A stretch of DNA of 41,983 nt. Origin: Nemertoderma westbladi (Eukaryota; Animalia; Xenacoelomorpha). The stretch lies in the NCBI GenBank assembly GCA_032718475.1, contig JAUCBJ010006451.1, positions 1 through 41,983 on the forward strand, given 5' to 3'. Positions 35,229 to 41,983 of the stretch are shown here, in pieces. Numbering within the stretch: the stretch's first letter is position 1; every line of letters starts with the position of its first letter. The notes below the pieces were generated by a model. The model ran no database searches. It was given only the letters and a program-made list of their open reading frames with translations, and had not been told where the DNA came from. The position numbers were made by a program, and so were the translations under genes.

Positions 35229-37842
35229 GGGTAATTCCATCCAAATTCGACCAATCACGGTGGCATGGGCAGTCAGGCTGATGGGGTCTTCGATTTCGTT
35301 TATTTTTGGATACACACCCACTTGTCAGACCAACTTTTCTATGAGGCCAAAGATTGGACTTTTCGACAAATTTTGTCTTTTTGAGGTTTGCGTTAGAGTG
35401 GTCTGATTAGTGGGTAGGCCTAGCCCAAAACATTTAGTAAATAGTTAGATATACCAAAGGGGGGTTCTGTGGTACAATTTTCATGTACGTACCACCAGCA
35501 AGTCAGACTTCCATACCATCATCTGGAAAATTGAAACTTTCCAAAATTGCCATACTTTGGAACATCACTGCAAGCGTCTGATAAAAGATGGGTGCTTGAA
35601 ATGAATCATGAGTAGTACCGGTAACATGGATAAGGGAAACATGCATGACAAGTTTCGGATGCCACCCATATATTATTCAATTTAAAAGTACAATTTTCAA
35701 AATTAATCATCCGATTAAATACTTTACAACCAAGATCTGCTTACGAGGTTGCTCTCATAACCAGCACACATTAAGTATTTAAATGTTTTAGACACAATAA
35801 AGGCTGTTTTTTTCACCACCCACTTGTCAGATATTTTATGTGTAACAAACAAAGGTAAATAATTTTAACGATATTATTGACTAATTTCAATACCCAATGA
35901 GTTATATACCTTCTGATACTATTATATTAATTATTATATCATAATAGAAAGAAAAGCTGTTTGAAATTCATCTATATAATTCCCTAATCCCGGCCAAGGG
36001 CAGCAGGGAATGGAACGTAATACAGTATAGTATGTTCATTATGATGAGGCAAGTCAGTGATAATTAATATAGGCCCTAGTTATTATGGTAGAAAAGATAA
36101 TAGATTAATTATTGAGTATAGCAGTATTGTAGATCATGCAATTCCTTTATGAACAGTGATCACAGACAAATTCTGCATCATAATCGAAATTAACTGGCAG
36201 GCAGCTGGTTGCATGACCAATATTTATCGCACACATCGCACACCACCCAAATCTTCTGATTTTTTTTTGTATCACTGGCCCAAAGTTTTTTACACTTGTA
36301 GCAGATATTCTCATCCTCATCTGTCTGATCAGTAGGAACATCAACACAAGGGACAACAGCAACCTTGCGTTGAACTGCCTTTACTTTCTTCGTTGTAGAA
36401 GATGATAAAGTACGGTATTCCAGCTTCCCATCAGCAGTAATATCATATCTATGGTATGACCGTGTCCCTGCCACATGTGACACCACTTCTTGAAACCGGA
36501 AGCAGGGAAGCGGTCATACCATAGATATGATATTACTGCTGATGGGAAGCTGGAATGGCGTACTTTATCATCTTCTACAACGAAGAAAGTAAAGGCAGTT
36601 CAATGCAAGGTTGCTGTCGTCCCTTGTGCTGATGTTCCTAGTTCCTACTGATCAGAAAGATGAGGATGAGAATATCTGCTAGAAGTGTAAAAAAAAATGG
36701 GCCAGTGATACAACAGTGATATCACTGTACGTACATAGAGGAAATTCATGATCTACATACAATACTGCTATACTCAATAATTGATCTATTATCTTTTCTA
36801 CCATAATAACTATATTAATTATCGCTGACTTGCCTCATCATAATGAACATACTGTATTACGTTCCATTCCCTGCTGCCCTTGGCCGGGATTGGGGAATTA
36901 TATAGATGAATTTCAAACAGCTTTTCTTTCTATTATGATATAATAATTAATAGTATCAGAAGGTATATAACTCATTGGGTATTGAAATTAGTCAATAATA
37001 TGTTAAAATTATTTACCTTTGTTTGTTACACATAAAATATCTGACAAGTGGGTGGTGAAAAAAACAGCCTTTATTGTGTCTAAAACATTTAAATACTTAA
37101 TGTGTGCTGGTTATGAGAGCAACCTCGTAAGCAGACCTTGGTTCTAAAGTATTTAATCTGACGATTAATTTTGAAAATTGAACTTTTAAATTGAATAATA
37201 TATACTGAAGAAGGCATGGGTGGGATCCGAAACTTGTCATGCATGTTTCCCTTATCCATGTTACTACTCATGATTCATTTCAAGCACCCATCTTTTATCA
37301 GACGCTTGCAGTGATGTTCCAAAGTATAGTAATTTTGGAAAGTTTCAATTTTCCAGATGATGGTATGGAAGTCTGACTTGCTGGTGGTACATGAAAATTG
37401 TACCACAGAACCCCTCTTTGGTATATCTAACTATTTACTAAATGTTTTGGGCTACCCACTAATCAGACCACTCTAACTCAAGATCAAGCCTCAAAAAGAC
37501 AAACTTTGTCGAAAAGTCCAATCTTTGGCCATCATAGAAAAGTTGGTCTGACAGGTGGGTGGTATTTATTCATGGTTTTAATGTGTTGAGACCTATTTAT
37601 GTGTACAATAAACATAAAATGACACTCTACCCACTAGTCAGAAAGATTTTCTGTAGGTTTCATTGAGGATATGTTCGAATAAATCGCAAATTTTGAACTG
37701 CAATATCTCGAAAACCAATACACCATCATCAGAAATATTTCATCAGGTGTCATTTTATACCATTTCCGACCATATATCCAAAAATAAACGAAATCGATGA
37801 CCCCATGCCACCGCGATTGGTCGAATTTGGATGGAATTACCC
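35229..37842. mobile_element. ~2.6-kb palindromic DNA-transposon derivative, probably Sola2
   Basis: Arms 35229-36471 and 36502-37842 with a 30-bp spacer; termini GGGTAATTCC...GGAATTACCC flanked by TATG on both sides. GRG ends and a 4-bp TSD are Sola2 hallmarks. The left arm lacks ~200 bp present at ~37563-37770. Confidence 0.8.
36147..36486 (-). pseudogene. Transposase C-terminal remnant with PHD finger (frameshifted; more decayed mirror copy on + at ~36502-36750)
   Basis: VAGTRSYHRY..G.L.YR..S followed by CYKC..WVVCDVCDKYW / H..CLP..FVCDHC (C4HC3 across two frames). Confidence 0.7.
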
Positions 37843-38370
37843 TATGGGAGTCTGATTTCCGTGATTTGCCTGTTTGCTGGTGGTACATGAAAATTCTACC
37901 AGAGAACCCCCTTTCTGCCTTTTGGTATATCTAACTATATACTAAATGTTTTGGGCTACCCACTATTCTGCAATTTAGACCACTCCAACTCAAGCCTCAA
38001 AAATACAAAATTTGTCGAAAAGTCCAATCTTTGGCCACATAGAAAAGTTGGTCTGACAATTGGGTGGTATTTATTCATGGTTTTACTTTTAATGTGTGTA
38101 AGACCTATATATGTGTACAATAAACATAACATGACACTCCACCCATTAGTCAGAAAGATTTTCTGTAGGTTTCATTGGGGATATGTTCGAATAAATTGCA
38201 AACTTTAAAGTGCAATATCTCGAAAACCAATAAACCATCATCAGAAATATTTCATCTGGTGTCATTTTATACCATTTCCGACCATACTGCCATATACTGA
38301 TATATCCAAAAATAAACGAAATCGATGAACCCATGCCACCGCGATTTGTCGAATTTGTATGGAATTACAC
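37843..38370 (+). repeat. Third, more diverged copy of the terminal ~480 bp of the palindromic element, in tandem with the right arm
   Basis: Aligns with ~37364-37842 (GCTGGTGGTACATGAAA...TCGAATTTG.ATGGAATTAC). Confidence 0.9.
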
Positions 38371-38496
38371 ATACTGCATACTGACATACCGGTTCAGCAG
38401 TTCATTTATTCAATTGTTTAGATCGTTCAGTCGTTTTACTAATTAGCCTACCTGTCTGTCTACATACCAGCATATCAGTATTCCATATTAATTAGG

Positions 38497-39210
38497 ATGG
38501 ATGCATTTCCACCACAATCATCTGGAGCGGGTATGGCATACGGGGCTGGAATGGCTGGGGGAGCTTTCGACCCATTGATCTACATCAAAAAACCCCAAGT
38601 AATCCTCCGCCTGGTATCGCTAATCTTTGCCATCGTCGTTTTTGGCTGCATCGTCTCTGGGGGTTGGGCCTCCACGCACACGGTGGATCTGTGCGCTTAC
38701 AACCGAGACAACAGCGCGTGTAACTTCGGCGTTGCAGTCGGAGTAATCGCATTCGTGGCTCTAGTTGGGCTCCTCGTCCTCGATGCAATGTTCGACCAGT
38801 TTAGTAGCGTCAAGATGCGGAAACACGTGGTCATCGCGGACCTCGTGTTCTCGGCGTTCTGGTCCTTCATGTGGTTCGTGTGCTTCTGTTATCTGACGGA
38901 CCAGTGGCGGAAAACTTCCGTCGAGGACTTCCCTGTCCCGGTGGACGTCAGCGACGTACAGGCCGCTATCGCGTTCTCTTTCTTCAGCATCGTCGCGTGG
39001 GCGGGCCTGACGGGCCTCGCTGTCTACCGATACCGCCAGGGCTCGTCGCAAGCGTTCGCCCCATCGTCAGCCTATGATCCCCCGGCGCCCGGTGTGTCTG
39101 GGTACCCGTATCCTGGTAACGAGACCACCGGTGGCGGTTACCAACAGCAACCATTCCAGAGTGCAACGGGGGGCGGTGATCTCAGCGATTACCAACCTCC
39201 AACCTATTAG
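38497..39210 (+). CDS. SYNGR: Synaptogyrin (MARVEL domain), 237 aa, single coding exon
   Basis: AYGAGMAGGAFDP..YIKKPQVILR, FAIVVFGCI, C.YNRDNSACNFGVAVGV, SSVKMRKHVVIADL.FSAFWSFMWFVCFCYLTDQW, QAAIAFSFFSI, RYRQG, C-terminal YQQQPF..YQPPTY: all characteristic of synaptogyrins; four hydrophobic segments. Confidence 0.96.
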   Translation: MDAFPPQSSGAGMAYGAGMAGGAFDPLIYIKKPQVILRLVSLIFAIVVFGCIVSGGWASTHTVDLCAYNRDNSACNFGVAVGVIAFVALVGLLVLDAMFDQFSSVKMRKHVVIADLVFSAFWSFMWFVCFCYLTDQWRKTSVEDFPVPVDVSDVQAAIAFSFFSIVAWAGLTGLAVYRYRQGSSQAFAPSSAYDPPAPGVSGYPYPGNETTGGGYQQQPFQSATGGGDLSDYQPPTY

Positions 39211-41983
39211 CCTAGCGCCATTATTTTGACTGTCTATAGAGTAGTGACGTTAAGTAGCTAGGTCTAGTCCCTCCAACTATTATGCCTAAATATTTGGTTC
39301 AAGAGCAAAACAAAGAGGACGTCATTGTGTATTCCAGTTTTATGTGATGAGATTGTTCTCTATATCGAGATTGGCTACCCCGTAGGATATTTTGATTATT
39401 CAGTTGAATGCACATTTTATGTTTGATTCATATATATATACGTGCCGCGTGCTGAAGTAACTTTGGGCATTATTAATACCGGAATGTGTAAATATATATT
39501 ACGGTAGGCCTGGTTTATATATCACCCGGGCCGTTATATATTTATTACCTACTTGCTTGGCAGCTGCTATAATTATAACACTTGATTAAAATTTTGGTAA
39601 AGTTATATGATAAATCAATTCATAATACCTAATATTTTATATGTAATCTTTAATATACTTCCCTGTATCATTCTACCCAAACCACACCACCCCCACGCCC
39701 CCCACCATCGACCCACCCCCCCCCCCCCCCCCTCTCCCCCCCAACCCCCCACCCCCCCCCTCCCCCCAACCGCATGATAAATAACGAAATTGAAATATTA
39801 AAATGTCTTTGGAAAATGTTCTGGTGTGGTGACTTATTGTCACCACCGTACTAAACCTTGTTGGCAACCTCTTTTACCTACTACAACCCGTTACGGTTAC
39901 GTGTTTCTGTCTCCATATTATACTGCTGATATAATACTCACAGTTCATAGACTTGCTTACTTACGTATAGGTATATTTACGCGAACTTTAACACATTCCT
40001 TTATTAATATTACCGTATACTGTATATTAATTATATATATATAATATATCCTATCCATGTTGTCAGGGTGGCTAAAATATATGATATAGTTAATTGCCTT
40101 TTTTGAGAATATAAAACGAACAGCTGTAACTGAGAGAGTCCATTTTGGGTATCTACTCATTAATTTATCGGAATTAGTTTACCAAAAAAAGCGATGTCTA
40201 AATATTACATGTTCAATTATCACACAATAATTATACTGTATAGTATAATGAATCTATTTTTTTATTTATAACTGTCGTTTGTATTATAATCATTCATTGA
40301 CCTTCAGGGGTTGTTCGTCCTGTTGTATTTAACCTATATATTTGCCTCCTTTTGCTCTTTTTTAGCCACCCTCACTGCAAATTAGTAAATACTCAAATAT
40401 AATATAATGTATTAACTAATTAATTTAGTTGCTTTTCTTGTGCAAAAAAATAGTTAATTTATTGTTTAGAATGGTTTGTAGAAAAGGTGCTGACTGGGAC
40501 TGCTGAAACCGTTTGCAATGTCTTATAATCAGCAGTCAGCGAACTCCATGCTTTGCAGTCGCTCTTAAATACAACATAAATGTCGTATATTATTTTGTTA
40601 GCTTTTTCTATGTTGATGTTGAAATGTTTGTTAGTTTTGGAATATAGTTTGATATTATAACTTAATGTTTTAAATATTAAAAAATAACATTAAAATAATA
40701 CATCTATATATCATCTTGTACGAAATATCTAGTCTATAAACTATTATAGTAAACGTCTAGAAGTTATTTATTTAGTTCCCATTATACTTTTATAAATATT
40801 ATGTTGAAAGATTGGTCAGTTATGTTTGTGTTTATTGCTCTAAACTCATAATTAAGGTCACATGAACACTATTCAAGTTCTCAGCCTATGTGAAGTATAT
40901 GCCAGACTTTTTCTCTTATATTTCACTTTGCAGTTTACCCCTTGTGAAGAATGCCAAGTTTTCATTAAAAACCCAGATTACAGAACTGCTGAATAACACT
41001 CAATAAACCAAAACAATAAACGGCATAAGATAGAAATAAGCCCTTTAAAACAATTAATATTAATAAAGAGAAATTAAAAAAAATACATTCTTCATTTCAT
41101 ATATAAAAATTAAAAAAAAGTGAACACCTGGTATTCTTCACTTGGTCGCAGTTCTCAAACAGAGACAAATATTAAATATTTCTTCAATAATTGTATTAAT
41201 ATCCTTCGTTATAATCTCTTGTATTCGCCATAAATTAACTCAATTCTACCAATGAACATTTTACACTCGGTTGAAAAAACTAATTAATTAGTAAACTGTA
41301 CCATTATTAATTTATATTTGTTGAATTTAAATTTTCTTTAAATGCTGCGAATTCCGAGTTTTAATTTTAAGTTAAATTTCTACAATTAAATTTTATTGAA
41401 ATTCTGTTTGAATTACATTTTGAGTTTTATTTATTTGTAATATTGCGTTTAACCGTGTAGTTAGTTAGCAATGGTTGGGTAGTGTTATTCGTAATCCAAT
41501 GTTTGTTTTTCGTTTTGTGTCTAGTTGTTGGTTGATAACGTATTAATTTATTTTTCGGATAAATGGTATTGACTTCGCATCATTTGGTCGCATTTTATAG
41601 TTTGGGTTCTACGGATACAGAATGTAAATCACTGCCTCGAGGCGTGTACTGCTTGTTTAACTAGGAATCTTTAAAAATAAAAAACATTAAAAAACACAGG
41701 ATTCAATTTTATGTTTTTTCATCATGTATTGTTCATTTGGGTGACTTCTTGTATAAAGTTCGACTAATTCATAAAAGTTTTATGGTAAAGTAATAATAAA
41801 TATTACTAAAATAATTATTGTAAGGGCTCGTTTATCGTTTAAGACCGCGGTGTGGTGGAGAACGTTTATGATTGGCTAAGATTGTTTACTTAGCAGATAG
41901 AGTAAACGGAATAACAGCTGAGTACCCGCAAAAATAAAAGTTGCAAAATATTAATTATTTGTATGAAATGTATTAGTTGATAA

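Noticed and set aside
38585-39166. Alternative-frame and antisense ORFs within synaptogyrin
   Set aside because: Expected by-products of a GC-rich CDS.
39674-39770. C-rich tract (Gly-rich minus ORF, G-quadruplex potential); also poly-C at ~2579-2599 and poly-G at ~3880-3906
   Set aside because: Simple low-complexity runs common in this window; no evidence of function.

Overview
Animal (probably invertebrate) nuclear DNA dominated by transposable elements and a ~16.8-kb array of a 53-bp, palindrome-rich satellite (15430-32188, ~316 monomers, with higher-order duplications). Left of the array are: a 33-bp minisatellite; a decayed L2/CR1 LINE piece; a minus-strand, intron-containing hAT (ZMYM1-like) transposon whose four exons splice to an uninterrupted ~741-codon frame but whose 3' end is replaced by a hairpin of flanking DNA; a pogo-type non-autonomous element; a MITE; a disrupted BC-box/LRR gene; and an RTE LINE carrying a nested CR1/L2-group LINE. 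Right of the array are a second RTE copy inside a 32-bp tandem repeat, a ~2.6-kb palindrome made of two 3' ends of a probable Sola2 transposon (PHD-finger remnant), and an intact, intronless synaptogyrin CDS (38497-39210). Comparing repeat copies shows many small TA-duplicating insertions (TACTGTA, TACGTA, TACCGGTA, TAGGCCTA) that look like DNA-transposon excision footprints. No rRNA, tRNA or CRISPR array was recognised. All family assignments come from motif recognition by eye, without database searches.
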